Source: an uncultured Alphaproteobacteria bacterium
GTDB taxonomy: Bacteria; Pseudomonadota; Alphaproteobacteria; Rhizobiales; Xanthobacteraceae
Direction: 5' to 3'
DNA length: 64,000 nt
Assembly (NCBI GenBank): GCA_963819355.1
Contig: CAWFVZ010000002.1
Location: forward strand, 13,771 to 77,770
Every line of letters begins with the position of its first letter. Position 1 is the stretch's first letter. The position numbers and the translations under genes are program-made. The notes under the pieces are model-generated. The model saw nothing but the letters and a program-made list of their open reading frames with translations. It did no database searches and was not told the origin of the DNA. This document shows, piece by piece, positions 40,249 to 51,356 of this stretch.

Positions 40249-40599
40249 ATGGCGGACGCCGACCTGGATGTCGTGATCCGGCAACTGGCCAGACAGCTGC
40301 ATACGGGCCTGATGTCCCGCGCCAAGGAGCGGCGGGATCGCTTCAACGGCCTCGCGGCCAAGGCCAAGGGCAAGGAGACCGGCGACCGCTTCAAGATGAT
40401 GGCCAAGGCCACCATGGAGCAGGCTACCGCTGCCGCGAAGCGCCTGCAGATGTCGGCCGACAACGTCGCCGACAGCTACGCCCGCGCGATGCGAATCGCG
40501 GCCAGCACGCCCGTCGCGGTGAAGGCGGAGAAGAAGCCGGCGAAGGAGAAGCCGGTGAAGATGGCTGCGAAGAAGGCCAAAGCGAAGAAGGCGAAGTAG
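40249..40599 (+). CDS. basic hypothetical protein with Lys/Ala-rich tail
   Basis: GAGGA SD; ends KKAKAKKAK. Confidence 0.75.
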   Translation: MADADLDVVIRQLARQLHTGLMSRAKERRDRFNGLAAKAKGKETGDRFKMMAKATMEQATAAAKRLQMSADNVADSYARAMRIAASTPVAVKAEKKPAKEKPVKMAAKKAKAKKAK

Positions 40600-40614
40600 T
40601 CGCCAGTTGTTCCC

Positions 40615-40642
40615 TTCACCTCGCCCTGCTTGCGGGGAGAGG
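40615..40642. repeat. REP-like palindrome (CCTCGCCCCGC family)
   Basis: Related to the copy at 45773-45798. Confidence 0.55.
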
Positions 40643-40650
40643 AATTCCTG

Positions 40651-41292
40651 TCACCGCCGCGGTATGGAGACCTGGGTCGGCTCCGCGCTCGAAAGCTCGG
40701 CAAGCTTGGCGCGCGCGGCGTCGCGTGTCCGGCCGTCCTTGCCGGGGGGCAGCGCAAGGGCAGCTTCGAAATCGGCGCGAGCATCGTCGGCCTGGCCGCG
40801 GGCGAAGAAGGCGAGGCCACGGTCGAGGCGGGCCTGCGCGTCCGACGGGGCGAGGCGGACGGCGGTGCTGTAGCTCAGGATGGCGCGGTCGAGATCGCCC
40901 TTGGCGGCGAGCGCAAGGCCGCGCGCGTGATAGGGTGCCGCGAACTTGGGATTGAGCGCGATCGCCTCGTCATAATCGGCAATCGCAAGCTCCAGCTCGC
41001 CGCTCTGCCGGTAGGCCAGCGCGCGGTCGCGGTAGAGCGAGGCGCGGTTGGGATTGAGTTGGATGGCCTCGTTGAAATCGGCGATCGCCCGGCCGTGGTC
41101 GCCGTGGCGCAGCGCGATCTGCCCGCGCCCCTCATAGGCGAAGGCGATCAGCGAGCCGCGGAATGGCGAGAAGCCGATCACGGCCGAGCAGACGTCGGGC
41201 TCGTCCTCATCGCCGCAATTCACGACCGTATGCGTGGACAGCCCAACGAGCACGCCCAGGACGATCAACAATGGCACGACAGCTCTGGTCAT
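40651..41292 (-). CDS. TPR repeat protein
   Basis: Repeated A.AD(F/Y)..AI.L.P units. Confidence 0.88.
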   Translation of the reverse strand: MTRAVVPLLIVLGVLVGLSTHTVVNCGDEDEPDVCSAVIGFSPFRGSLIAFAYEGRGQIALRHGDHGRAIADFNEAIQLNPNRASLYRDRALAYRQSGELELAIADYDEAIALNPKFAAPYHARGLALAAKGDLDRAILSYSTAVRLAPSDAQARLDRGLAFFARGQADDARADFEAALALPPGKDGRTRDAARAKLAELSSAEPTQVSIPRR

Positions 41293-41426
41293 CGTCGACG
41301 GTGACCGGCACCGGGCCGGCCACGCATCTCCTTTCGCAGGAACACTCTCGATCAGGTGTTAACACCGGCCGGGGCAGGCCTGTGTGCGCCAGGTCACAAA
41401 GGCAAGCAAATCCGGCCGGTTCCGCG

Positions 41427-42383
41427 TCAGCCCCAAGGACCGCGAGAAGGCCCATGTGACGGATCGCGCGAGGACGAGCGACCCCAGGGGCCATGCGGGG
41501 GAAAGTTCTCGTTCGCACCAACCGACGGCGTGGCGTGCGCGCCGAGATCGGCCGCCAACTGCTGGAGCGCAGCGATACGGTTCTGAGTCGAGGGGTGGGT
41601 GGCGAAGAGATTGTCGACGCCGTGGCCCGACAACGGATTGATGATGAACATGTGCGCGGTCGCAGGGTTTCGCTCGGCCTCGACATTCGTCACCTGATGC
41701 GCCGCGCTCTCGATCTTCACCAGCGCCGAGGCAAGCCACATCGGCTGGCCGGCGATGCGCGCGCCGAGATTGTCGGCGGCGTATTCGCGGGTGCGGCTGA
41801 TGGCCATCTGCACCAGCATGGCCCCGAGCGGCGCCAGGATCATCATCAGGATCGAGCCGACGATGCCGGGGCCGTTGTTGTCACGGTTGCCGCCGAAGAA
41901 CATGCCGAACTGCGCCAGCATGGAGATGGCACCCGCAATGGTCGCGGTGATTGTCATCAGCAGCGTGTCGTGATGCTTGATGTGCGCGAGTTCATGAGCG
42001 ATCACGCCGGCGAGCTCCTCGCGGCTGAGCTGGCGCATCAGGCCGGTGGTGACGGCAACGGCGGCGTTCTCGGGATTGCGCCCCGTGGCGAACGCGTTGG
42101 GCTGCGGCTCGTCCATCAGGAACACCCGCGGCATCGGCAGGCCGGCGCGGCCTGCAAGCTCGGCGACGAGACCAACCAGCTCCGGCGCGCTGGCGCGGTC
42201 GACCTCATGAGCCCCGTACATCGAGAGCACCATGCGGTCGGAGTTCCAGTAGGTGAAGAGGTTGGTCGCCGCGGCAATGACGAGGGCGATCATGGCGCCG
42301 GCGGCACCACCGATCAGATAGCCCACGCCCATGAACAGGGCGGTGAGGCCTGCGAGAAGCATTGCGGTACGCAGATAATTCAT
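41427..42383 (-). CDS. htpX: zinc metalloprotease HtpX
   Basis: [29 protein letters not shown]. Confidence 0.95.
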   Translation of the reverse strand: MNYLRTAMLLAGLTALFMGVGYLIGGAAGAMIALVIAAATNLFTYWNSDRMVLSMYGAHEVDRASAPELVGLVAELAGRAGLPMPRVFLMDEPQPNAFATGRNPENAAVAVTTGLMRQLSREELAGVIAHELAHIKHHDTLLMTITATIAGAISMLAQFGMFFGGNRDNNGPGIVGSILMMILAPLGAMLVQMAISRTREYAADNLGARIAGQPMWLASALVKIESAAHQVTNVEAERNPATAHMFIINPLSGHGVDNLFATHPSTQNRIAALQQLAADLGAHATPSVGANENFPPHGPWGRSSSRDPSHGPSRGPWG

Positions 42384-42567
42384 GGCCGTCTCCCGGGCCG
42401 GCCCTGGCCGCTGGAGGCATTGCCGGCCGGCGCTATTGAGGTAGGAATGACCCCGGCCCAGGTGCAAGGTTTCAAGGTGCGTCGCGGAGCCGCGGCACTG
42501 GTTTGAACGCAATCATTCCATTAAACTTCGTCACGAATCCAGGCGCCTCCTCCCCACCGGAAACCTC

Positions 42568-43869
42568 ATGCTCCAGACCCGATTTGCGATCGCGGCCTTT
42601 GCCCTTGTTGCACTGTCCGCAAGCGCCTCTGCCCAGTTTCTGCCATCACCCGCCAAACCCGCAGCCCCCAAGGCCACCGCGCCCTCGCCGCGCGCGGCGT
42701 CGTGTCACAATGGCGCAAGCTTCGATCGCTTTCTGGCCGACGTGAAACAACAGGCGGTTGGCGCTGGCGTGTCGCAGCGCGCGCTTTCGGAAGCCGGCCC
42801 CTACCTCGTCTACGACCAGGGCATCGTCAACCGCGACCGCGGTCAGCGCGTGTTCGGCCAGCTCTTCACCGAATTTGCCGGCCGCATGGCCGCGCCCTAT
42901 CGCATGCAGAACGGCCAGCAGCAGATCAAGCGGCACGCGGCGGCGTTCGCGCGCGCCGAGAAGGAATACGGCGTGCCGCCGGCGGTGATCGCCGCGTTCT
43001 GGGGCCTCGAAAGCGATTTTGGCGTCAACATGGGCAATCTGCCGACGCTGAAATCGCTGGTGTCGCTCGCTTATGACTGCCGGCGCTCGGAGATGTTCGT
43101 GGGCGAGACCATCGCCGCGCTGAAGGTCATCGACCGCGGCGATCTTACGCCCGACGAGATGATCGGCTCCTGGGCCGGCGAACTCGGCCAGACGCAGTTC
43201 CTGCCGACGCACTACGTCAACTACGCCGTCGATTACGACGGTGACGGGCGGCGCGACCTCTTGCGCAGCGAGGACGACGTGATCGGCTCGACCGCGAACT
43301 ACATCGCCAACGGCTTGAAGTGGCGGCGCGGCGAGCCGTGGCTGGAGGAGATCAAGGTACCGCAAAACCTGCCATGGGATCAGACCGACCTCAGCGTGCA
43401 GCTGCCGCGCTCGAAATGGGCGCAGCTGGGCGTCACCTATCCCGACGGCCGGCCGCTGCCCAACGACAATCTTCCGGCCTCCGTGCTGCTGCCGATGGGA
43501 CGGACCGGGCCGGCCTTCATGGCGTATGCGAATTTCGCGGCCTATACCGAATGGAATAACTCGCTGATCTATTCGACCACTGCGGGCTACCTCGCCTCGC
43601 GCATCGCGGGCGCCGCGCCGATGCGCAAGCCGAGCGCGCCGGTGGCGCAATTGCCGTTCAACGAGCTCAAGGAATTGCAGCAATTGCTGGTGCGCGCCGG
43701 TTTCAATGTCGGCAAGGTCGACGGCGTGCTGGGCCAGCAGAGCCGCGCCGCCGTGAAGGCGATGCAGATCAAATACGGACTGCCGGCCGATTCCTGGCCG
43801 ACCGCGGAACTGCTCGCGCGAATGCGGGGCGCCACGGCCCAGGCGCAGCCGCCGGCGACGATCCGGTAG
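42568..43869 (+). CDS. lytic murein transglycosylase (MltB/SLT_2 with PG-binding domain)
   Basis: WGLESDFG, GSWAGELGQTQFLP, VDYDGDG, VGKVDG. Confidence 0.92.
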   Translation: MLQTRFAIAAFALVALSASASAQFLPSPAKPAAPKATAPSPRAASCHNGASFDRFLADVKQQAVGAGVSQRALSEAGPYLVYDQGIVNRDRGQRVFGQLFTEFAGRMAAPYRMQNGQQQIKRHAAAFARAEKEYGVPPAVIAAFWGLESDFGVNMGNLPTLKSLVSLAYDCRRSEMFVGETIAALKVIDRGDLTPDEMIGSWAGELGQTQFLPTHYVNYAVDYDGDGRRDLLRSEDDVIGSTANYIANGLKWRRGEPWLEEIKVPQNLPWDQTDLSVQLPRSKWAQLGVTYPDGRPLPNDNLPASVLLPMGRTGPAFMAYANFAAYTEWNNSLIYSTTAGYLASRIAGAAPMRKPSAPVAQLPFNELKELQQLLVRAGFNVGKVDGVLGQQSRAAVKAMQIKYGLPADSWPTAELLARMRGATAQAQPPATIR

Positions 43870-43977
43870 AATTTTCGCACTGCACAGGCTTTCCCCGCGA
43901 TTGTATTTTTCCATGACGCTCCCATGTGAGTGGCTCAGGTTTCTCCTGAATTTACCCCTCATTCGAGCGAGCATCAC

Positions 43978-44482
43978 ATGTCCTTCCACGACGCCGTCGT
44001 TCCCGCCTATTTGCAAATGCTGAACAGCTTGATCGGCCTGCTCACCAAAGCTGAGGCGCATTGCGCGGCCAAAAAGATCGACCCGGCCGTCCTGCTCGGC
44101 TCCCGGCTGTTTCCGGACATGCTGCCGCTGTCGAAGCAGATCCAGCTCGCCAGCGATTTCGCCTCCAAAGGCTGTGCGCGGCTGACGCATAGCGAAGTGC
44201 CCTCGACACCCGACACGGAAAAGACGTTTGAGGAGCTGAAGCAGCGGCTGGCCAAGACGATCGACTACGTCAAATCGTACAAGCCGGAGCAGTTCGAAGG
44301 TGCCGACACCAAGGACGTGACGTTCCCGGCGGGTCCGGACCGGTCCATGACGCTCAAGGGCCAGCAGTTCTTCAGTGCGGTCTCGCTTGCCGAACTTCTA
44401 TTTCCACGCCACGACCGCCCACGGCATTATGCGTCACAATGGCGTCGAGATCGGCAAGCGCGACTTCCTCGGCGTGAACTAG
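43978..44482 (+). CDS. DUF1993 protein with a +1 frameshift near 44388
   Basis: RLFPDMLPL..Q at the N-terminus; PNFYFHATTAHGIMRHNGVEIGKRDF lies in the shifted frame. Confidence 0.88.
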
Positions 44483-44663
44483 GTTCGCAAGGGGCCACGG
44501 CAGCGGAAATCCGCCGCCGTGGTCAAAAATGCACATGAATTATGCTGCGCGGGCGCCTGTCCGCGCAAGCTTACGCCTGCATTTCCGTCATGGCTCGTCC
44601 CTTGCGCTGATTGCCGCGATGCACATAGTGTTCCGCGACCTCTTAACCCCCGGAAGCAATCCA

Positions 44664-45764
44664 ATGAGCCGCCGACCAAATTGTTTGAGACCTACAAGCT
44701 CGGCCCGATCACGCTGGCCAACCGCCTTGTGATGGCGCCGCTGACGCGCAACCGCGCCGCGCCCGGCACCTTCGTACCCTCCCCGCTCGCCGCCGACTAT
44801 TACGGCCAGCGCGCCTCCGCGGGCCTCCTGATCACCGAAGCGAGCCAGGTCTCGCAGCAGGGCCAAGGATACCAGGATACGCCCGGCATCTACGAAGGAA
44901 CAGGTCGCTGGCTGGCGCAAGGTGACCGATAAGGTGCATCAGCGCGGCGGCAAGATCTTCATCCAGCTCTGGCATGTCGGACGCATCTCCCATGTCGACC
45001 TCCAGGCCAATGGCGCAGCCCCGGTGGCGCCGAGCGCGATCCGCGCCAAGGGCAAGACCTTCGTCAACGGCACCTTCGCCGACGTCTCCGAGCCCCGCGC
45101 GCTCGAGCTCTCCGAAATTCCAGGGATCATCGACGACTTCAAGCGCGCCACCAAGAATGCGCTGGAGGCCGGCTTCGACGGCGTCGAGATCCACGGCGCC
45201 AACGGCTATTTGCTCGAGCAGTTCGCCAAGGACGGCGCCAACAAGCGCACCGACGCCTATGGCGGCTCCATCGAGAACCGCGCGCGGCTGACACTGGAGG
45301 TCTCCAAGGCCGTCGTGGCCGAAGCCGGCGCCGACCGCACCGGTATCCGCATCTCGCCGGTGACGCCGGCGAACGATATCTCGGATTCGAACCCGCAAGC
45401 CTTGTACGACCATATCGTCGATGGCCTCAACGCGCTGAAGCTCGTCTATATTCACGTCGTCGAAGGCGCCACCGGCGGTCCGCGCGACATCGCGCCGTTC
45501 GACTATGCGGGCCTGCGCAAGCGCTTCTCCGGCGCCTACGTGGCCAACAACGGCTACGATTTCGAGCTCGCGACCAAGGTGCTGGACGCGAACGCGGCCG
45601 ATCTGATCGCGTTCGGCAAGCCATTCATCTCCAACCCCGACCTCGTCGAGCGGCTGAAGAAGGGCGCGGCGCTGAACGATTGGGACAAGAACACGTTCTA
45701 CGGTGGCGGCGCGAAGGGATATACGGACTATCCGGCGCTCGAGGCGGCCGACGCAGCGGAGTAG
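44664..45764 (+). CDS. old yellow enzyme (NemA/XenB-like alkene reductase), with frameshifts near 44672 and 44893
   Basis: MAPLTRNRA, YYGQRASAGLLITEA, QLWHVGR, EIHGANGYL, RTDAYGGS, FYGGG. Confidence 0.9.
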
Positions 45765-45772
45765 ATCTCTTC

Positions 45773-45798
45773 TCCCTCGCCCCGCAAGCGGGGCGAGG
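45773..45798. repeat. REP-like palindrome
   Basis: CCTCGCCCCGC-AA-GCGGGGCGAGG. Confidence 0.7.
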
Positions 45799-46297
45799 TG
45801 CCTCCGCAACGGTAGCTGCCAGTACATGCGAATTGAGCATGTCCATCTCGAGTTGGGAGCTCAAGCCGTTATAGGAAATATGGAGAAGCCCCGTGGTTCA
45901 TGATGCTGCACGGAAACTTCACGCGGAGGCTGCTCCTAGCCTCGCCACGAGCTAACCGCTTGTTTCGAGGAACCTGATCGCATCCTCAACGCGATCAAAT
46001 ATGAGCACGGGAGAAATCTGCATGTCCTCCAAGTGTCGTCGCGAGCTTGGAGAAGTGGCAAAGGCCAGGTGCGGATGCAAAGCCGCGCCCCATACCTCGG
46101 TAACTCTTCTGACGGTCAGATGTGCAATGGGTTGCGGCCGGCGACAACATCGACCTCGTCACCACCAACAAAGAGAACGCACCGATTCCTTTGCCGCCAC
46201 ACCACCAGCCGGCACGTCGATGTTGCGGCGCGCTTGATGAAACTTGATGACGGCCGCGATCCGCGAAGTGCGGCATCACCCATCTTGTCGAAGTGTA

Positions 46298-46582
46298 TTA
46301 TCGGGGCGGGTCAAAGGGGTTGCCGCACCTCTTCTCGATGATATCGGCGACGGCGTTGCCCTTCACGTAGGTGTTTCCCGACAGAACAGCATTAGAGAAT
46401 GATCTTACAATTATCGTTCCCGCCAGACCCCAACCTCCGTTTGGAGTTTTAATGAAGGCGTCGCACGACAAGGTGTTCAAATCTGCCGGCCACTTTTCAA
46501 TCGTAACTCTAAATTCGGCATCGGCTGAATTTGGGGCCGCAGCCAATAGACCGAACAAGCACGCTGTCAATAAGAGCCGCAT
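46298..46582 (-). CDS. small secreted hypothetical protein (2 Cys)
   Basis: Signal peptide ending ADA, LSCDAF...IEKRCG, GGAGG SD. Confidence 0.7.
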   Translation of the reverse strand: MRLLLTACLFGLLAAAPNSADAEFRVTIEKWPADLNTLSCDAFIKTPNGGWGLAGTIIVRSFSNAVLSGNTYVKGNAVADIIEKRCGNPFDPPR

Positions 46583-47120
46583 CCTCCGCGCCTCCTCGCG
46601 ATACGCTTGCCTTTAAAGCCCAATACTTCAACCGGTCGATGCTCGAATGCGCTTTCTGATTGATCAGGATTTCGGTTGCCAATCATTCGTCGCGCTCCAA
46701 CGCGTAATTCACGAACTTCTTGTATATCCGACGCCCGCCATCGTGACGCCGCCTAACTCGCTCATGCACAAGACGACCTGTAATTGAGCGCCGCGGAATG
46801 ACTTACTTCCACAAATGCCATGCCCACGCTGCTGGCGCACCCGTCGGGTGTATGAGTTGAAGGCTGCCTTGGCTCTTCGCCGTCATTTCACACCGGCCAC
46901 GCCAACCAAATTATCTTGCGCGTGCTTCGGCGCAACAAAACTCACCCATTAAGCTTGATGTCAGCGTTGGGAGTTAATTCGGGAACCGTGCAAGGCTCCG
47001 TGAACAGGCATTGGCAGCTTCACACAGCGCTCGCGCGGCAGACGATCTGGAGGCCGACCTACGACCAGGTCAAGCGCTTGGCGCGCGAATGAAGATTCCA
47101 ACCGACAAGAAGACAAGCAA

Positions 47121-47755
47121 ATGAGCATCTTCGGAAAAGCCACGCCCGAACCTGAAATCACCGGCGCCGACCGGTTGCGCGAGGCCCTGAAACAGAAGAG
47201 CCGCAAGCGAGCCCTCTCGCTCTTAGCCCGCGACGTTAACAACAACATGACCCGCGACAGCAATCGCCATGCGGCCCGCGACATCGCCAGCCGGATTGCC
47301 GGTGACGGCGCTGATCACGCGCGATGGCTGTCGCGAAAAGTCTCGTCAGCAATCTTCCGAACGGCATCGATAGGGAGGCACCGAACCTGACCGTCGGTCA
47401 GCTCGAAGCTTTCACGAATGGCGGGGTCGATCTCGGCGTCGAGCTGAAGAAGGCCTTGACCGAGCTGCTGTTCGACAGCCACGCGATCTTCGATCCGGAA
47501 TCAAAAATGCTGAAATCGGCTTACGCGGACAGGCCGCGGCTGCCGACGCCCGTAGCGCCGCCGAGCTTCGTGTTCGTGCCTGGCGTCCACTATGTCGCTC
47601 AAGCGGCCGGCAACGCACACGGACATGCCGACGAGCCGAAGGCGACGTCGCGGTCGCGGCCGAGCTGGGCTGGCGAGTATTACCCGACAAAGGTCGAGCC
47701 GAACGAACAGCCTCGCAAGGTTAAAGAGCCGTTTGTCCGAACGCGGCCGGAGTGA
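47121..47755 (+). pseudogene. hypothetical protein, probably one gene split into ORFs 47121-47390 and 47324-47755
   Basis: Two overlapping, protein-like ORFs on the same strand. Confidence 0.45.
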
Positions 47756-48063
47756 TTGAATCGGTGGATCGCTCCTGATTTAAGGGACAGCGCGCATGGC
47801 ATCGTTCGTTGGAACAGGGGTCCTTAGTCAAGGACGAGGCGAGCGCGGACTCTGGTTGCAGCTCGTTCAGCGATTCCGGAGCGCCGCCAGCCCGGCCGCG
47901 TCCCGGATGGGACCAATTGCGTTTCTGGACAGGTTTCCGAGTTGTCCCAGCTTTTCGTGACCGAGATGACTCAGCACTTGGTGGGTTTCAGAAACACATT
48001 CCGCAGACGACCAAAACAGCTCGGCGGCGAGCGAGCATGATGGTAACTCGCTGCTATAATTCC

Positions 48064-48750
48064 CTAGGATGGCCGTTCGACAAAGGCGACGGCCTTGTTG
48101 CTATAGGTCCATGTCGCGCCGTCGCGTTTGCTGATCCCGAGAAAGGCGGTCGACGTACCGGCATATTTCATGGCCTGATTGCCGCCATCGATGCCATAGG
48201 CCCATGGGTCGAGGCAGAGAAACTCGGTGACCTTGTTGTCGGCCCCCGTAGTGCGGTGGCCGACGATGCCGACATAATGGGCGCCGCCGAGGGAGGTCCG
48301 CACCGGTACTTTGTTTTCGAGATTCTTGATTGTCCAGTCCACCGCTTTGCTGGGATCCCGTCCCACGCTCACCTGGTCGCGCGCCGTCGGTTCGGCCATT
48401 TTCCAGCCCATGTAGCGGACGAACACAATCTTGAGGATCGAACCGCACCAATATTCATTGTTCACCGCCTTGAGGAAACCGTCATTGTTCTGGTTCCATG
48501 GCAGCTTGCTCTTCTTGTAGTTTTCCATCAACTCGTTCGTCGAAGTCGTCGATAGGGTGGGATGGGTGTGCAGCGGCTCATCCACCAGCATTTCATAGAC
48601 GCGATGGCGGTTGTCCAATTCGTCGCTGGGGTCTTGGTTGCTGTAGAACTTGCGATAGGTGGGCGCCTTGGCCGCCGTAGTGACGGTGTGGAAATAGTGC
48701 CAGATTAAATCGGTTTTCCACGAGGGGTCGCGGATATGGGGGTCGGACAT
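48064..48750 (-). CDS. orphan protein with papain-like Cys-His-Asp pattern
   Basis: YWCGS, GAHYVGIVG and LCLDPW occur in C39-like order. Confidence 0.6.
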   Translation of the reverse strand: MSDPHIRDPSWKTDLIWHYFHTVTTAAKAPTYRKFYSNQDPSDELDNRHRVYEMLVDEPLHTHPTLSTTSTNELMENYKKSKLPWNQNNDGFLKAVNNEYWCGSILKIVFVRYMGWKMAEPTARDQVSVGRDPSKAVDWTIKNLENKVPVRTSLGGAHYVGIVGHRTTGADNKVTEFLCLDPWAYGIDGGNQAMKYAGTSTAFLGISKRDGATWTYSNKAVAFVERPS

Positions 48751-48880
48751 GGAGACTTCCAATGAGGTATTCGGCTGCGGCGGCTCGCTGCCTCTTTCCA
48801 CTTGCGGTCAGACCAGCCGCGCTGAGAGGTTAGTCCCTGCTCGCGCCCTCGGCAATCGCGGTCTCGACCGCCGTAGCAAA

Positions 48881-49075
48881 TCAGAGATGGCGGCGGCGAA
48901 GCGGGATGAAGCCGGAGCGCTGATAGAACGCGACAGCAGACGGATGATCGAAGGTGCAGGTGTGCAGCCAGACGCGGCGCACGTCAGTGACCATGCACGC
49001 TCCAGCGCGCGGTTCATCGGGAAGCGGGCGACGACACCGATCGCGCACGCGCATGTCGAATCCATCATCCTGGTC
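48881..49075 (-). pseudogene. GNAT acetyltransferase C-terminal remnant
   Basis: MNRALERAWS and RRVWLHTCTFDHPSAVAFYQRSGF lie in different frames. Confidence 0.7.
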
Positions 49076-49333
49076 AGCGACGACGCAACCCGGCAGGGCC
49101 ACGCCGCGCTGTGGATCGCGCCTGCACTTGGTCGCCCAGCCGGGCGGCGCAGCCGCATTCGCCCGGCGTGGCTCACCACGGCCGGAATTGTCGGTGGAGA
49201 TGGTGAAGCAGATCACAAATTGTAGTTGTAAACGCGTTAGAATACAGGCGTGAAGCAATTGAGGGAATACATGCAGCCACACCGCAATTGAGCCGTTCGC
49301 AACGGCTCTGGCGGACAACAGGGAGGAATTGCC

Positions 49334-49786
49334 ATGACAGTTGTCCTGACCATGGGTAAGATCAGCGCCCTGACCGCAATTACGAAGATCGTTCCCGGTC
49401 ATGCCGACGCGTTACGCAAGACACTTCAGGGGTTAACCGCTGCAAACGGCGGCAAGATCGCTTCTCTCGGGACGATCCATATCGTGCGTTGGGTCATTTT
49501 CGACGATGACTCGCGTTTGTTGTTTGCAACGAATTTCGACGGCGACGTCGAAGACTATATGCGCGATTTTGCCGAGCGGGCCCCCGAGGGAATCGACGCG
49601 ATCTGGGGCCATTGCGAAGGGTATCCGGGAGCGCGCGACTATCCAAAGCTGCGCGATTACATTCTCGGCAGTGCCATCGAGACCACCGGTTATTACTGCG
49701 CCTATCCGAATTCCACCGTCGCCGACATCAATAAAGCGCTGGATTGGAAGGCCAAGTTCGACACGTTCCTTGACCAGATCGGTTGA
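49334..49786 (+). CDS. DyP-associated small protein (ferredoxin-like fold predicted)
   Basis: TIH..RWVI...LLFATNFDG...Y..DF...IW.HCEGYP pattern; GGGAGG SD; stop overlaps the DyP start. Confidence 0.8.
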   Translation: MTVVLTMGKISALTAITKIVPGHADALRKTLQGLTAANGGKIASLGTIHIVRWVIFDDDSRLLFATNFDGDVEDYMRDFAERAPEGIDAIWGHCEGYPGARDYPKLRDYILGSAIETTGYYCAYPNSTVADINKALDWKAKFDTFLDQIG

Positions 49787-51168
49787 CGGGAATGGCTGCC
49801 CAATCCGTCGCCGGCGATCTGGATCGGGCCGATATCCAGGGGATAGCGATGCGGCCGTATCGCTTCCCGTTTGCGCACTATCATCTGCTGAACGTGAGCG
49901 ACCCGGCTCGGGCCCGGCGATGGCTTGGTGGCGTTGCCGGGCGATGCACGACCGTGGCAAATCTGGACGCATCGCCTTCACTGGGTTTCAACGTCGCCCT
50001 CTCGTGGCAAGGTCTCTCGGCGATCGGTACGCCAGAGCCCAGCTTGCAGAGCTTCCCGCAGGAATTCCAGCAAGGAATGGCTGCGCGCGCTGATCGGCTC
50101 GGCGATGTCGGCGACAGCGCTCCGGCGCGGTGGGACGCACCGTTCGACAAGAGTGTGCACGCGCTCGTCGTGGTCAGTGCGATGACAGCAGCGGATCGTC
50201 ATGCCGCTTCGACAGCATTGCTGTCTGATTTGCGCGATAGCGGCCTGACCGCGGCAGCGACCATCGATGCGGAATTGCTGCCCGGGCCGGACGGCAGGCC
50301 TGTCCCAATTGAGCACTTTGGCTATCGTGACGGAATTACGCAGCCCGCTATCGAGGGCAGCGGGGAGCCCGTCTTGCCCGGCGCGGGCATTCCGGATGCA
50401 GGCGGGTGGCGAGCCCTGAAGGCTGGTGAGTTCGTACTCGGGCAGCCTGATGAGACGGGTGCCGTCCCTGACTTGCCCACCCCGGCAAGTCTCAGCGGCA
50501 ACGGCGCCTTCGTGGTGTTGCGCAAGCTGCACCAGCATGTCTGGGCTTTCCGGGATTTTCTGCGGCGCTCCGCCACTGACGACGTCGACGTCGCGCTGCT
50601 GGCGGCGAAGCTGATGGGACGCTGGCAAAGTGGCGCACCGCTGGCCTTGGCAGCAGGGCAGGACGACCTGGTGCTCGCCGGAGATCCGATGCGAAATAAT
50701 CAATTCACGTATCTTGACGACTTGCGGGGAACGAACTGCCCGATCGGGGCACACGTGCGGCGCCTCAATCCGCGCTCGGGGCTGACAGGACCGAATGGCG
50801 CATCCGTCCATCGGCATCGGCTGCTGCGCCAGGGTTTGCCCTATGGGCCGCGCCTGCCTGCGGATGCCACGGCCGATGACGGCGCCGAGCGCGGCGCCAT
50901 CATGTTGCTTGTGAACGCCGACATCGCCCGTCAATTCGAATTCGTTCAGAAGGTCTGGATCAATGACGGCGACTTCGCCGGGCTCGGGAACGACAAGGAT
51001 CCAATGATCGGCGGCAATGACGGGAGCGGAAGCTTCACGATCCCGCGTGCCGGAGCGCCGCGGCGTCGATTGCCCAATCTGCCGGCGTTCGTGAGTACTC
51101 GCGGCGGGGAGTACTTCTTCCTGCCGGGCATCGCTGCGTTGCGAACCTTGGCGGAAACGGCCTCATGA
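49783..51168 (+). CDS. Dyp-type peroxidase
   Basis: EHFGYRDGITQP (GXXDG), AHVRRLNPR (proximal His), RLLRQGLPYG (distal Arg), QFEFVQ. Confidence 0.92.
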   Translation: MTGMAAQSVAGDLDRADIQGIAMRPYRFPFAHYHLLNVSDPARARRWLGGVAGRCTTVANLDASPSLGFNVALSWQGLSAIGTPEPSLQSFPQEFQQGMAARADRLGDVGDSAPARWDAPFDKSVHALVVVSAMTAADRHAASTALLSDLRDSGLTAAATIDAELLPGPDGRPVPIEHFGYRDGITQPAIEGSGEPVLPGAGIPDAGGWRALKAGEFVLGQPDETGAVPDLPTPASLSGNGAFVVLRKLHQHVWAFRDFLRRSATDDVDVALLAAKLMGRWQSGAPLALAAGQDDLVLAGDPMRNNQFTYLDDLRGTNCPIGAHVRRLNPRSGLTGPNGASVHRHRLLRQGLPYGPRLPADATADDGAERGAIMLLVNADIARQFEFVQKVWINDGDFAGLGNDKDPMIGGNDGSGSFTIPRAGAPRRRLPNLPAFVSTRGGEYFFLPGIAALRTLAETAS

Positions 51169-51356
51169 TCAATTCAGCGAGGGCCGGCCCGGTTAAAGCC
51201 GGCGCTGTGGCCGATCCAGCCCGGCTGGCACCGCAATCAGAACCGACCGGCAACAAATGTGGAGATCAGGAGGCCGATGGTCAGGGTGCCCGGGCTTCGC
51301 CAAGGCCTTTGCCGGGCGCCGGCTGAGTTCTTCAACAGTCTGCCAAGGAGAACAAA

